DNA of 64,000 nucleotides, taken from a virus (taxonomy: Duplodnaviria; Heunggongvirae; Uroviricota; Caudoviricetes). Numbering within the stretch: the stretch's first letter is position 1; each line of letters opens with the position of its first letter. The position numbers and the translations under genes are program-made. The DNA lies in IMG/VR virus record IMGVR_UViG_3300009709_000001, positions 253,336 through 317,335 of that record; one strand, 5' to 3'. Below are positions 53,541-62,898 of the stretch, in pieces. The notes below the pieces were generated by a model. It was not told the DNA's origin. It did no database searches and worked only from the letters and a program-made list of their open reading frames with translations.

Positions 53541-54170
53541 TCACACCGGAGGGAACTCGAATTCAATCTTGTTCGCGTCGTTCATTTTCACCCAGAAGCG
53601 CACAGCCTTGGCTGGGACTTTATCCATTCTCGTTGCCCTATACGGGCACTGGCGCATGGTCGCCTGGGAACGCATGCCTTCCCAGTAGAAGGTGATGGAA
53701 TCAAAATCTTCCTGACCCTTACGGATATAGATGCGATCAACTTTCAGAATCGCGCCTGCCGGAATTGTTGCCGATACTGAGGTAGCACCGGTTTGCCATT
53801 TGCTCCTCACATCTCGCATATCCCCAGTGACCAGCATCAGCGAATGATTGCGTTCATCGTTGTAGAGATCGAATGTCCAATCAGCCGTAAGTTGCAGGCG
53901 ATCGCCGAGTTGGGGAATGTAGAGCTTCATGTCATACCTTTCTTCGCAAGGATTCCTATAATAGTTGTCGAGTTCCTCTATTGTCCAACTGTACGATTCT
54001 AAAAATTCTTTTTTCTTCGCATCATCCCCGAGAAGCTCTAAGAATTTTCCTCGATCCATCACGTTGACAACTTCTTCAAGCTCCGCAATTGAAATTCTTT
54101 TTAAGCAAAGGAATGTTTGAGTTTCGTCGCCTAACTTTTTATCAATCATATGGATGAGCCTTACACTCAA
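53541..54170 (-). CDS. EEDTF-family N-terminal unit fused to an MKLYIP domain (possibly two genes)
   Basis: DETQTFLCLKR...SWTIEEL, then MKLYIPQLGD. Confidence 0.6.
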   Translation of the reverse strand: MSVRLIHMIDKKLGDETQTFLCLKRISIAELEEVVNVMDRGKFLELLGDDAKKKEFLESYSWTIEELDNYYRNPCEERYDMKLYIPQLGDRLQLTADWTFDLYNDERNHSLMLVTGDMRDVRSKWQTGATSVSATIPAGAILKVDRIYIRKGQEDFDSITFYWEGMRSQATMRQCPYRATRMDKVPAKAVRFWVKMNDANKIEFEFPPV

Positions 54171-54234
54171 TCGTGACTCTTACTCGATCCGAGAGTCCAC
54201 CGGATATTAGCCGTTGTCATACCGGCAAGGTTCT

Positions 54235-54471
54235 TCAATGCCGTGACATCTTGCCAATTTCGGCGCGAATATGATCAAAAAATGCAATCTTGTTATGTTT
54301 GATTTCTTTCATCATGAGACCTTTGTCAATTCCATAATCACGGAGATAATCGTGTGTTATTCTTCGTAATGTGAGTTCGATATGATTATCATCGAGAATG
54401 GTATCGACAAAGGACCCGGCGCCCATGTCGTAGATAATACCCACGACACCTTCGTAATTTAATTTTTTCAT
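54235..54471 (-). CDS. hypothetical protein
   Basis: ATGA-coupled. Confidence 0.65.
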   Translation of the reverse strand: MKKLNYEGVVGIIYDMGAGSFVDTILDDNHIELTLRRITHDYLRDYGIDKGLMMKEIKHNKIAFFDHIRAEIGKMSRH

Positions 54472-54674
54472 GGCATTGTCCCGATTGCTCTGCAATATTC
54501 TTTGTAACCCCATCCGTGCTTGCGAAGAAATTCGCTCGATGCTACTGATGCAGGAACATCGCCACCACGACCTTCTAGGTATTCTATCGAATTATGATAT
54601 ACTGCCATAATCTTCATCATTTCAACTAGAGGAGGTCGCTTCAGTATTAGGTATAGTTTTTCTTCGTTATCCAT
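54468..54674 (-). CDS. EEDTF/LKY intermediate family protein
   Basis: MDNEEKLYLILKRPP...HGWGYKEY. Confidence 0.75.
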   Translation of the reverse strand: MDNEEKLYLILKRPPLVEMMKIMAVYHNSIEYLEGRGGDVPASVASSEFLRKHGWGYKEYCRAIGTMP

Positions 54675-54677
54675 TTC

Positions 54678-54869
54678 TCAGCGCTGCTCGAACACCTTGG
54701 TATCGACAAAAAGGATTTTCTTATCGGGCACAGCCATCACATGATAACCACGCTCGTGAATCTCCTTTGCACAAGTCCAGTAATCGTTGACATTACGGTA
54801 TGATTTGTGTGGATACATGGGTTCAAGTTCTTTGATTTGAATCCAATGCCAAATCTGAAATTCAACCAT
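54678..54869 (-). CDS. hypothetical protein
   Basis: AAGGA RBS. Confidence 0.7.
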   Translation of the reverse strand: MVEFQIWHWIQIKELEPMYPHKSYRNVNDYWTCAKEIHERGYHVMAVPDKKILFVDTKVFEQR

Positions 54870-54940
54870 GATTAATCCTTAAATATTGGGCGCACACTCA
54901 TTCGGCAATGTATGCGATGCAGATAAGCTGTTCCCTAAAA

Positions 54941-55237
54941 TGGTGCCCCGGGCCGGATTCGAACCGGCACGCTACTTTATTCGCTGCGGATTTTCTTACC
55001 ACTATAGCTTTCGCTACCATCTCTGTTTGTGGTCTGGGCTATACCTTAACCATTGCTTTCGCTTTAGGTTCCTGCCGTCTAGTCTCTACACGTTCAAGAA
55101 TATTTCTATTCAAGCTTCGCTCGGTATTAGCAGTTTAAAGCCTTCACCGAATTTGACAGGTTCTACTCCGAATGTTTCCACTCGGGCACTCAAATTTGTT
55201 CTAAGTCCGCTGAGTCTACCGGTTTCTCCACCGGGGC
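54941..55237 (-). tRNA. trnL: tRNA-Leu(UAA) interrupted by a group I intron; exons 55203-55237 and 54941-54994
   Basis: Spliced 89-nt cloverleaf GCCCCGG..GCGGA-CUU|AAAA-UCCGC, long variable arm, GUUCGAAUC, encoded CCA. Confidence 0.93.
54995..55202 (-). mobile_element. 208-nt group I (IC3-type) self-splicing intron, no ORF
   Basis: 5' exon ends in U, terminal G; P UCAAAUUCGGUGAA, Q AAUACCGAGC, R GUGUAGAGACUAGACGG, S AAGGUAUAGCCC. Confidence 0.92.
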
Positions 55238-55326
55238 ATTATTTAATGATTATTGATCCGCGCTTCCTCGGGGCATTCACCTTAACGTTCAATCTCCCCA
55301 ATTCGCTTATTACTTACCGTTAATCG

Positions 55327-55569
55327 TTACAAGATGATTTCCCTAAGCGAGAGATCAGTCTCATAAGGTATTTTCTTGTCATCGAAGGTTACAAGGCATG
55401 CCACATTTTCTGAAAATGCCTTTTTCTCTTTTTCCAGCATCCGGGCACCTTCGGCAAGACTATAGAATCGATAAGACTTATTTTGATCTCTAGAGAAAAG
55501 GCGAGAATCATGGAACATCATCCAGGATTCTGTTATACCATCAAAGATTCCATATGTCTTCGTTGTCAT
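55327..55569 (-). CDS. hypothetical protein
   Basis: Clean ORF. Confidence 0.7.
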   Translation of the reverse strand: MTTKTYGIFDGITESWMMFHDSRLFSRDQNKSYRFYSLAEGARMLEKEKKAFSENVACLVTFDDKKIPYETDLSLREIIL

Positions 55570-55571
55570 AT

Positions 55572-55913
55572 TTAATCGCCGCTATCGATATCGTAATTGT
55601 ATCCGCATTTGGTGCAGGTGTAGATTGTGTAGCACCGGCCAGCATTACGACCGGTGAAACTATGAGTACAACCTTTACCGTTTGCTGGATCAATCCTGGT
55701 ATAGCCCATGGCCTTCCCGCTCATGTCTTGACCACCACAATTGCAGCATGCTCGATGAGTCTTACCTGTATTCCATTTGTATGCCAGTTCTTGTTCGGTC
55801 AGTTCAATCTTGCCTGTCCCTTGACAAACAGGACAGGTGTCATAACCTTTCGGCACAGGATACCAGGAAATATCGGGAGAAGTAGCCATTTGTTTTGAAT
55901 TAGTCGATGTCAC
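55572..55913 (-). CDS. Cys-rich DnaJ-type zinc-finger-like protein
   Basis: CPVCQGTG, CCNCGG, CTKCG. Confidence 0.7.
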   Translation of the reverse strand: MTSTNSKQMATSPDISWYPVPKGYDTCPVCQGTGKIELTEQELAYKWNTGKTHRACCNCGGQDMSGKAMGYTRIDPANGKGCTHSFTGRNAGRCYTIYTCTKCGYNYDIDSGD

Positions 55914-56031
55914 AGCTCAGTGGTCGCAGTGTAAACATGAACTCACATCGGGTAGATAGCACTAAGATTATACCTTAACACCCTGAAAATGCCATCTACG
56001 GTAAATCGGAATGCTATTCCACAGTTGAACT

Positions 56032-56334
56032 TTACTTCTTGGTGCGGCCACCAGCGAGCAGCTTATGCACCTTTTTGCGCACGAACTCTTGGTTGTGGAC
56101 GTAGGACTTGAGCTTGGTTTCTTCCGGCAGCACGAGCTTGATGGCGTTCGCCGATTTCAGACGGCCTTCGGCCTTGATACGGCCTTGCTTGCGAAAGAAG
56201 TTGTCCTTGCGGCTGCATTCAGCAACAGCGACGGTGACATCCTGGCCTTCGCGCAGGATAGCCAGCGTCATGCCGCCCTTGGTTTCGATTTGGCCCATAC
56301 GGTCATAGGCGCGATAATGCATGAAAGTGAGCAT
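56032..56334 (-). CDS. hypothetical protein (GC3-rich)
   Basis: Own promoter TTGACA-N17-AATAAT. Confidence 0.8.
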   Translation of the reverse strand: MLTFMHYRAYDRMGQIETKGGMTLAILREGQDVTVAVAECSRKDNFFRKQGRIKAEGRLKSANAIKLVLPEETKLKSYVHNQEFVRKKVHKLLAGGRTKK

Positions 56335-56393
56335 GTTGGTCTTTCTGTCTAAGATGTGTAATTATTACGCGATTCTTGGAAATTGTCAACTGG

Positions 56394-56624
56394 CTAAATG
56401 TGCTTGTCGGCAATATGCTGATACCTTACCTGGAAATTCCAGGCATCCTTAGTGGCTTCTTGTCCGTCTCTATATCGATAGGTAACGTCATAAGACCACT
56501 TTCCATCGCCCCACTTGCGAATGGAAACAATTTCACATTTGATTTTGCCGGAGACACTTTCCCATTGTTCACCGGCATAGAATGCTGGACCAGTGGCTGG
56601 GTGCCACTTCTTTGCGCCGTTCAC
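56394..56624 (-). CDS. hypothetical protein
   Basis: ATGA-coupled. Confidence 0.7.
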   Translation of the reverse strand: MNGAKKWHPATGPAFYAGEQWESVSGKIKCEIVSIRKWGDGKWSYDVTYRYRDGQEATKDAWNFQVRYQHIADKHI

Positions 56625-56851
56625 GACTGTTCAGTATTCGGGCACAGATCGGCAAAGAGCTTGGCCCAAAGTTCTTCGGAGCGTTCGCGCAGCTCGTTGA
56701 ATTCGCGGTGGATATCCAACTTCACTTCCATTGTGCGAACAGAAATAAGCATATTCACGTTCGCTTGTGCATCGCGAACAGCTTGATCGAGATTAAACAT
56801 CGAATTCTCCATAAAATTAGTGATAACGCCCCTAGTGGTGCCGGCCAACAT
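56621..56851 (-). CDS. hypothetical protein
   Basis: Real start probably MFNLDQ. Confidence 0.65.
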   Translation of the reverse strand: MLAGTTRGVITNFMENSMFNLDQAVRDAQANVNMLISVRTMEVKLDIHREFNELRERSEELWAKLFADLCPNTEQS

Positions 56852-57094
56852 AAGTCGTCATCTGTATACTGTTCAAGTCCTGCCCTGGTGCCGGTCCGGG
56901 GTGATTAGGATACGAAAACAATATACCGAAAATAGTGATAGCCGCGAGAACAGTGATAATGACAAACATATGTTCTCCGCTATCGGTAACTAGGGCCGTC
57001 GCGCCTTGTATCGAGCTGTCAATGCACCCGCTCCAATTTGCCGCCTTTCGGTGTCACCTGGCGCTTAACTCAGCGCACTGCCTTCACACGTGGA

Positions 57095-57667
57095 TCAATT
57101 ATAAGAGGCATTTTTGGATTTGTCAAATAATCTTTTTGTTGCCTCAGTCGATCGATGAAATACATATTCCCAATCTTCTCTGCTTCCCGATTGTGAATCA
57201 TATTGTGATTTTGGAATTCGTTTCTTATTACCTAGCTTATCGATACAGATTATCATTACTTCACCATTTTCAAAATTCGGATTTGAATTTACAAAATTAT
57301 GAGTTCCTGATTCTTTTCTTCGTGCCTGATGTTCTTTCTGTAGTTGACCGCCAAGAAAATTATGTGTGCCTTCGGCAACTCGTTTAAGAGCCGCTGTTTT
57401 GGCCTGTTCAGATAAAATTTTCTTCTGAACATCATTTATGTCAGGCCGCCAATTCATTCGACGAGATATGGCATATGCTGCCATAATATCGCCCTGACTC
57501 CAATGGATATCAAAGTGATCATCTATCGAAATACAAGATAAATTTTCTAATCTATTGTCATCATGATCACCATTTATATGGTGTATCTCATAAGACTTTC
57601 CAGATTCGTCCACCGGTATAGGACCGTATGTATCTTCCCAGATTTTTCTATAAATAGGTATACTCAT
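57095..57667 (-). CDS. free-standing HNH homing endonuclease
   Basis: YRKIWE...YEIHHINGDHDDNRLENL...DHFDIH. Confidence 0.85.
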   Translation of the reverse strand: MSIPIYRKIWEDTYGPIPVDESGKSYEIHHINGDHDDNRLENLSCISIDDHFDIHWSQGDIMAAYAISRRMNWRPDINDVQKKILSEQAKTAALKRVAEGTHNFLGGQLQKEHQARRKESGTHNFVNSNPNFENGEVMIICIDKLGNKKRIPKSQYDSQSGSREDWEYVFHRSTEATKRLFDKSKNASYN

Positions 57668-57694
57668 ATACCTATTTATCTTCACACGGTACTT

Positions 57695-59671
57695 TTATGA
57701 AATTGTCAAACTAGGCGTAGAGGTCACTAGTGTGATAGTGGTGCTATTCCTAAATTCGTCCCATTTCGTAAAAGTGTCCTTCACCTCTTCGAATTCAAAC
57801 TCGGGGAGTAGTTCACGGAACTCTTCGCCTGAGAGTGTATTCTTCTCCAGCAGTTTCTCCACTACTCGAATGAGTTGTGGTTTGAATGCGATAAGAAGTC
57901 GTGTTGCTTCTTCATAGCTTTTCTGCAACAGTCCTTCAATTGCAGCATCGGTTCTTAATGTCGGTTCTACACTGGTCGGTGTATATCCTGGAGAAGGTTT
58001 CAACTCTCTTGCTAGTTTTCCACCAAAACCATAAAGTCTATTGTAATTGGACGCAACCTGTGTTGCCTTGAATAGATCTTCTACAGCACCAGTTGAAGTC
58101 TTGTCTTCACCGAACACAAGCTCTTCTGCAGCCCGGCCAGCAAGTAATACGGTAATGGTGTTGAGTAGAGAAACTTTAGTCTCTCCCTCATCCTCCAATT
58201 CCGGAACCATATAACCACCCTTATACGAAGCAGTGTTGATCTTCACTTCCAAAGGTGATCTATTGAACAGAACAGCGTACACAATCGAATGTGCAGCTTC
58301 GTGAACAGCAACCGCAAGTGTGAATTCCTTGCTTGTAGCCTTCTTCTCAAAATCAACATCCAGGTTAACTGGAATCTCGAGTTTGTGATCACCGGCATCA
58401 CCAATCATTACCGATCTTTCAGAATCGATATCGAGTGAGATGCTAGTTAGTTCGGTTTTAATTGCCCAAGCCGCAATCTGTGCCAACGAATCACCAAAGA
58501 TTGATTGGACAGAAGAAAGAACTGGTCTTGTACCTTGTGTTGGATATACCGAGTTATTGTAGATTACCGCTTCAGCATTAGAATCCAATTTGAATTCAAT
58601 GCCAGTAAGTCTATTCATTCCGGTTACATATTCATTGCACGCACGGCGAATGATCTGTTCATAAGCACGACGATTAATCGACGGATAGATAATATGTGTA
58701 TTACCGAAACGGGAAATCTGTTCAGGCTTGAATCTCTTCTTCAGAGAAGCCTTGATATCCATTACGTTCACGCGCTTGGTCTGCTGGAAGAATACATCAG
58801 CATCAGTATCGCAGTCGTCGACTAATTGTGCAGAAGTGTATGCTTCATCTAGATTACCCGAAATAAAGATCAGACACTTGGTATAGTCGAGTTGGCTACC
58901 CACGGAACTCTTCATTGCTTCAGCAACAACTCGATAGAGTTTCTGGGAATCCCACAACATAATTTCAGAAATGGGTTCTGTAAGCTTGAGCTTATCCTTA
59001 ATTCGTTTTGCCTCGTAAGGATAAATCTTGAACTTCGATTTCTCAACCGGCTCGTCATCGTCATCGTTGTCGACAACCTTGCCATCGTCACCAATTGTAA
59101 CTTTGGTGACTTTCTTATTCTTACCCTTGACTGCATCTTCCTCTTCGGAAAACAATGCACTGGCTAGAATCATTTCGAGTTCACGGAACATCGAAATATC
59201 AGCAGCAAACTTGCCGTCGCTTAGAAGCATCCAAACGTCTTGGAAACGTTCGAGCTTAACTTCGAGTCCTTGGGAATCGATTGTGCGATAACGTTGGAAT
59301 TCATCCAACAGGACAATACCGGGTTCGCCCTGTGCGATTGTCGATTCGCCGAGTAGAGATGCAAGTGTCTTTGAAAAATACGAACTGGAGGTAGCAATAC
59401 CGTCCATCTGTACTTCCATGAACTTATCTTTAAATCCGAGCAGCTCACTAAGTCTGCGGATTAGATGTGTCTTCCCAACACCGGTAAGTCCCCACACGTT
59501 TACGATAACAGGACGTGTTAGAAGTTCTGGAAAGGTGTACCATGTAGTGACAGAATTGATAATCCTGTCGATTGTATCGTCAAGGCCAAAGAACTCGGTC
59601 TTGAGGATCGCTGCAACTTCTTTTAAATACCTACTCTTTCGTTCGATTTCTTCTTTATTGAATTCAGTCAT
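57695..59671 (-). CDS. AAA+ ATPase fused to an FtsH-type M41 Zn-protease domain, no TM helices
   Basis: GLTGVGKT, LLDE, FKPEQISRFG; VHEAAH, LLAGRAAEELVFG, STGAVEDL. Confidence 0.9.
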   Translation of the reverse strand: MTEFNKEEIERKSRYLKEVAAILKTEFFGLDDTIDRIINSVTTWYTFPELLTRPVIVNVWGLTGVGKTHLIRRLSELLGFKDKFMEVQMDGIATSSSYFSKTLASLLGESTIAQGEPGIVLLDEFQRYRTIDSQGLEVKLERFQDVWMLLSDGKFAADISMFRELEMILASALFSEEEDAVKGKNKKVTKVTIGDDGKVVDNDDDDEPVEKSKFKIYPYEAKRIKDKLKLTEPISEIMLWDSQKLYRVVAEAMKSSVGSQLDYTKCLIFISGNLDEAYTSAQLVDDCDTDADVFFQQTKRVNVMDIKASLKKRFKPEQISRFGNTHIIYPSINRRAYEQIIRRACNEYVTGMNRLTGIEFKLDSNAEAVIYNNSVYPTQGTRPVLSSVQSIFGDSLAQIAAWAIKTELTSISLDIDSERSVMIGDAGDHKLEIPVNLDVDFEKKATSKEFTLAVAVHEAAHSIVYAVLFNRSPLEVKINTASYKGGYMVPELEDEGETKVSLLNTITVLLAGRAAEELVFGEDKTSTGAVEDLFKATQVASNYNRLYGFGGKLARELKPSPGYTPTSVEPTLRTDAAIEGLLQKSYEEATRLLIAFKPQLIRVVEKLLEKNTLSGEEFRELLPEFEFEEVKDTFTKWDEFRNSTTITLVTSTPSLTIS

Positions 59672-59679
59672 TCATGCCT

Positions 59680-60375
59680 TTATTCTTTTATTAAAATTCC
59701 ATTCTTGTAGACATAACCGTGCTCGATATGAGTCTCGCCGAATGCCCTGGTTTTGCTAATCCGGTAGATGTCGCAGTTACCCGGATTGCGTTGTGTATCC
59801 ATCCATTCGTAAGGAAGATGCAACCATTGCATAATGAACGCACGTAGAACAACACCGTGGCAGACCACAATGATATTGTCGATTTGATGCCTGTCACTGT
59901 CGCGGTGAAATGTCCCGAAGGATTCATACACCCGACGTGCAACGTCGAAACGACTTTCTCCCAGCGGCATACGCGGCCAGAAACGACCTTGATACTTTTC
60001 AGCCAGGTCGTAATGTGCATGTTCGAGCGGAAACACCTTCGGGAGTTCTTCATCGGGGACATTATCGAACAAACCAAACTGCTGTTCGCAGAGGTTGATA
60101 TGTTCTCGTTTGTCGATGTTGAATTCATCCTTCAGCGAAGCGAAGATGCGTTCGGCTGTATCGCGTGTTCGGATATACGGACTCACCCACATACGGATGG
60201 GACCATATACTCGATCTTCTTTTAGAAGAGTAGCCAGAGCAGGTCCAGCCGCATCAGCTTGTTGCTGACCAAGTTCAGTTAATGGAATTGCATGGTCGGG
60301 CATGCTGCCCTTGGCAGCAAATCGATTGACGTTTGCCATTGACTGTCCATGGCGTACAAGGTAAATGTTCTTCAT
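59680..60375 (-). CDS. histidine phosphatase (phosphoglycerate mutase-like)
   Basis: LVRHGQS, SPYIRT, EQQFG, VCHG. Confidence 0.92.
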   Translation of the reverse strand: MKNIYLVRHGQSMANVNRFAAKGSMPDHAIPLTELGQQQADAAGPALATLLKEDRVYGPIRMWVSPYIRTRDTAERIFASLKDEFNIDKREHINLCEQQFGLFDNVPDEELPKVFPLEHAHYDLAEKYQGRFWPRMPLGESRFDVARRVYESFGTFHRDSDRHQIDNIIVVCHGVVLRAFIMQWLHLPYEWMDTQRNPGNCDIYRISKTRAFGETHIEHGYVYKNGILIKE

Positions 60376-60415
60376 ATAGGCAATTATACGCTAAGGCGTG
60401 TTGGAGATCAAATAC

Positions 60416-60637
60416 TCAATTCCAAAGAGACCGGTAATTGAGTACGAAATTAGCATCTCGAAGAAAATGTAGCGAGAGTGTGACCATATCTTCATCAGTG
60501 ATATCGCATTCGATTGTAATCCAACGAGTTCCATCATCGATGACTACAAGATCACCAAACCCAGATTCGGCAAGCCATTTCATGCCTGCAGTTGCCTCGG
60601 GACGATCGAGTGTGATATTAAAAAGATGAGGTTTCAC
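60416..60637 (-). CDS. small protein with C-terminal LxL motif
   Basis: DEDMVTLSLHF. Confidence 0.7.
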   Translation of the reverse strand: MKPHLFNITLDRPEATAGMKWLAESGFGDLVVIDDGTRWITIECDITDEDMVTLSLHFLRDANFVLNYRSLWN

Positions 60638-60864
60638 AAAGTCTCCGGGAATCCATGGATTTCGTCGGCTTCGGTTATGTTAATTTGGTCGCCATGTTTG
60701 AGCCTCATCAGAACAGCCTGTTCGTTGGAAACTAACAGTTCAACCCAAACTGTTCTATCCGTATAGGTACGTGATCTTCCCATAGGAATTCCAGTCTCTC
60801 TTCGCCACCGGACATCGGCCATGTAGCCTTCAAGAGAATGCATCCAGTATGAGATCTTCTTCAT
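60634..60864 (-). CDS. small protein with C-terminal LK motif
   Basis: NEQAVLMRLKHG; paralog of 60861. Confidence 0.75.
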   Translation of the reverse strand: MKKISYWMHSLEGYMADVRWRRETGIPMGRSRTYTDRTVWVELLVSNEQAVLMRLKHGDQINITEADEIHGFPETL

Positions 60865-61076
60865 AACTCTTCGTAGTAGTCGGATTCTGTTATTGTTGCA
60901 TCAGGATGACGTAACCTTAACAAAACCGCATGTTCTTCTTCGACATGAAATTCGAGGACATAATTGTCACGTCCATCCTCAAGATACATTGGCGTCGGAA
61001 TGTTATTCTCAGACCGCCATTTGATATCGATATTCCAATCGTCGGTACTATGGACCCAATATACAACCTTTTTCAT
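60861..61076 (-). CDS. small protein with C-terminal LR motif
   Basis: EEHAVLLRLRHP. Confidence 0.75.
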   Translation of the reverse strand: MKKVVYWVHSTDDWNIDIKWRSENNIPTPMYLEDGRDNYVLEFHVEEEHAVLLRLRHPDATITESDYYEEL

Positions 61077-61633
61077 AACTTGTCCGACTTATAGAACTTG
61101 TGTCCGTCAATCATCACAACCATCTTGTATTGCTTCGACCATTTCGGATATTTAAATTTCTTCAGGACCATTAGCTTCGGTGCAAGATAGTGTGTCGCAC
61201 CAAAGGTGGGATCATCGGCTTGATTACGCATTACCTTCTGCGCAACGATGAGTGCCTGCTTCCAGCTCTCCTGATCGATAATATTCTTTTGTGTCGGTTC
61301 TAGATGTGGACTAAGTGCGGCAGCCTGTAGCGCAGGATTGTTGTTAAAGATGCTGTATTGCTTAGGGGCTAAAACCACATTGCAAACCGTCTTATTTTGT
61401 GCTTTCCCAGCGCGGTTAAGAGCCGTAAACGCTACAGCTACCTGACCCTGCAAGCTTTCCCCTCGGGCTTCACCATACACCATTGTGGCCAGGCACTTCT
61501 CCTGCTCGGTGTTATATTCTTTTTCGAAATCTTTAACGACAGGGCAATATCTAAGTTCACTGTGGCCCAGAACACTAGGCACAATTACAACGAATAGGAG
61601 TAATGCTTTAAGCATACCCCTATTATAAAGCAT
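61073..61633 (-). CDS. SleB/CwlJ-like cell wall hydrolase
   Basis: CLATMVYGEARGE...AVAFTALNR...QYS...GATHY...GHKFY. Confidence 0.9.
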   Translation of the reverse strand: MLYNRGMLKALLLFVVIVPSVLGHSELRYCPVVKDFEKEYNTEQEKCLATMVYGEARGESLQGQVAVAFTALNRAGKAQNKTVCNVVLAPKQYSIFNNNPALQAAALSPHLEPTQKNIIDQESWKQALIVAQKVMRNQADDPTFGATHYLAPKLMVLKKFKYPKWSKQYKMVVMIDGHKFYKSDKL

Positions 61634-61667
61634 TCCAGGCGCAGGGCCTAGAGGTCTAGTTCAAAAT

Positions 61668-61886
61668 TTAGGACCACCCGTCTTCAAATATTTGCTTGCC
61701 GCCGAATGTCAGAATAAATATCTCGGCAATTTCTTTTTTTGAAATTATGACCAAAAGTTGTTCTCCACCAGATGCGAATCTCGGATATGCTTGCCAATCA
61801 TGGGTGCCATAACCGGCATTCTTATTTAACCATCGGGCCATTTTTTCATTGCGCTCGAGGTCAGAGTGAACTAGAATTCGATACAT
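61668..61886 (-). CDS. small protein with C-terminal FxLxFGG motif
   Basis: AEIFILTFGG. Confidence 0.7.
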   Translation of the reverse strand: MYRILVHSDLERNEKMARWLNKNAGYGTHDWQAYPRFASGGEQLLVIISKKEIAEIFILTFGGKQIFEDGWS

Positions 61887-62079
61887 TTTCTTTTATTAAT
61901 TCTCCACCGTATTTAAGTAGATATGCCAACACTGTAGTGTGGTCTTCAATCGAAATTACGAGCATTCTGCTACTCTTTACTAACTGGCACGTCCAATTTG
62001 GCTGATTTTCTGTTAACCAGGCAGACATTTCGTCTGTCTGGTATATCGTCTCGGGCACTGGTATTTGAACCCTGAACAT
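61861..62079 (-). CDS. small protein with C-terminal LLKYGG motif
   Basis: VLAYLLKYGG. Confidence 0.7.
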   Translation of the reverse strand: MFRVQIPVPETIYQTDEMSAWLTENQPNWTCQLVKSSRMLVISIEDHTTVLAYLLKYGGELIKENVSNSSSL

Positions 62080-62484
62080 AAATTAGTGGCAATCGCGAAT
62101 TAGTGATAGATCAAGTAGTGATGGCACATTGTTTCCATTTTATTGGAACGATCCCAGTTACATCTTATAAATCCATTGCCGGTACCGCTGTTGCACTTCG
62201 GCACCAATACATCATTCACATTGTGAATGGGTAAATCCAATAGTAGGTAAAAACCATTTCACAGCACGCCTCAGAAACTGTTGATTTTTACATATTCACT
62301 TACCTGATACGACAAATTCTGAGTGATTTGCCGTACCTTTATTCTTCTTCGGGAACTGCTCGAACAAATTCCTAATAGTTATCGTCGGATAGTTGTTTGC
62401 GAATGTGTTCTTCGTCTTCGGCATACATGGACAGTGTTGTTGTGGTCCCGGAGACTCTGTTGTAAACTTTAACTTTCCACCAAA

Positions 62485-62733
62485 TCATGCATGCATTCCG
62501 ATAAGCTTCTCGATAAGATATTGCTCGCTATTGATGCACGCCGGAGCCTTCGTATCACGGAACATCGCAATATGCTCTCGATTGATAGCCTGAGCGCAGT
62601 TAGCACAAACCCAACTGTTCTTATATCGGTGATAATGTGTAGCCTTCGGTTTGAATCTTGCCATACCGCAGTGCAAGTTGGCGCAAGTTTGGTTAAGGTT
62701 ATTCTCGCCGTAGTGAACAGAAGTAGTCAACAT
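62485..62733 (-). CDS. zinc-finger hypothetical protein
   Basis: CANLHC...CANC. Confidence 0.65.
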   Translation of the reverse strand: MLTTSVHYGENNLNQTCANLHCGMARFKPKATHYHRYKNSWVCANCAQAINREHIAMFRDTKAPACINSEQYLIEKLIGMHA

Positions 62734-62898
62734 TATCTCACAACCTTTTCATTGTTAAGGGATTTAAACTACTTTTTTCTTCTCTTGACTTTTTCATTTT
62801 TCTTTGGCCCCAACACCGATGTCAACATGAACAGCCCAATCAACGCAAGGAAGAAAAGCAGAATAAGAGTGACAACGACGAATAAACTATACATGATA

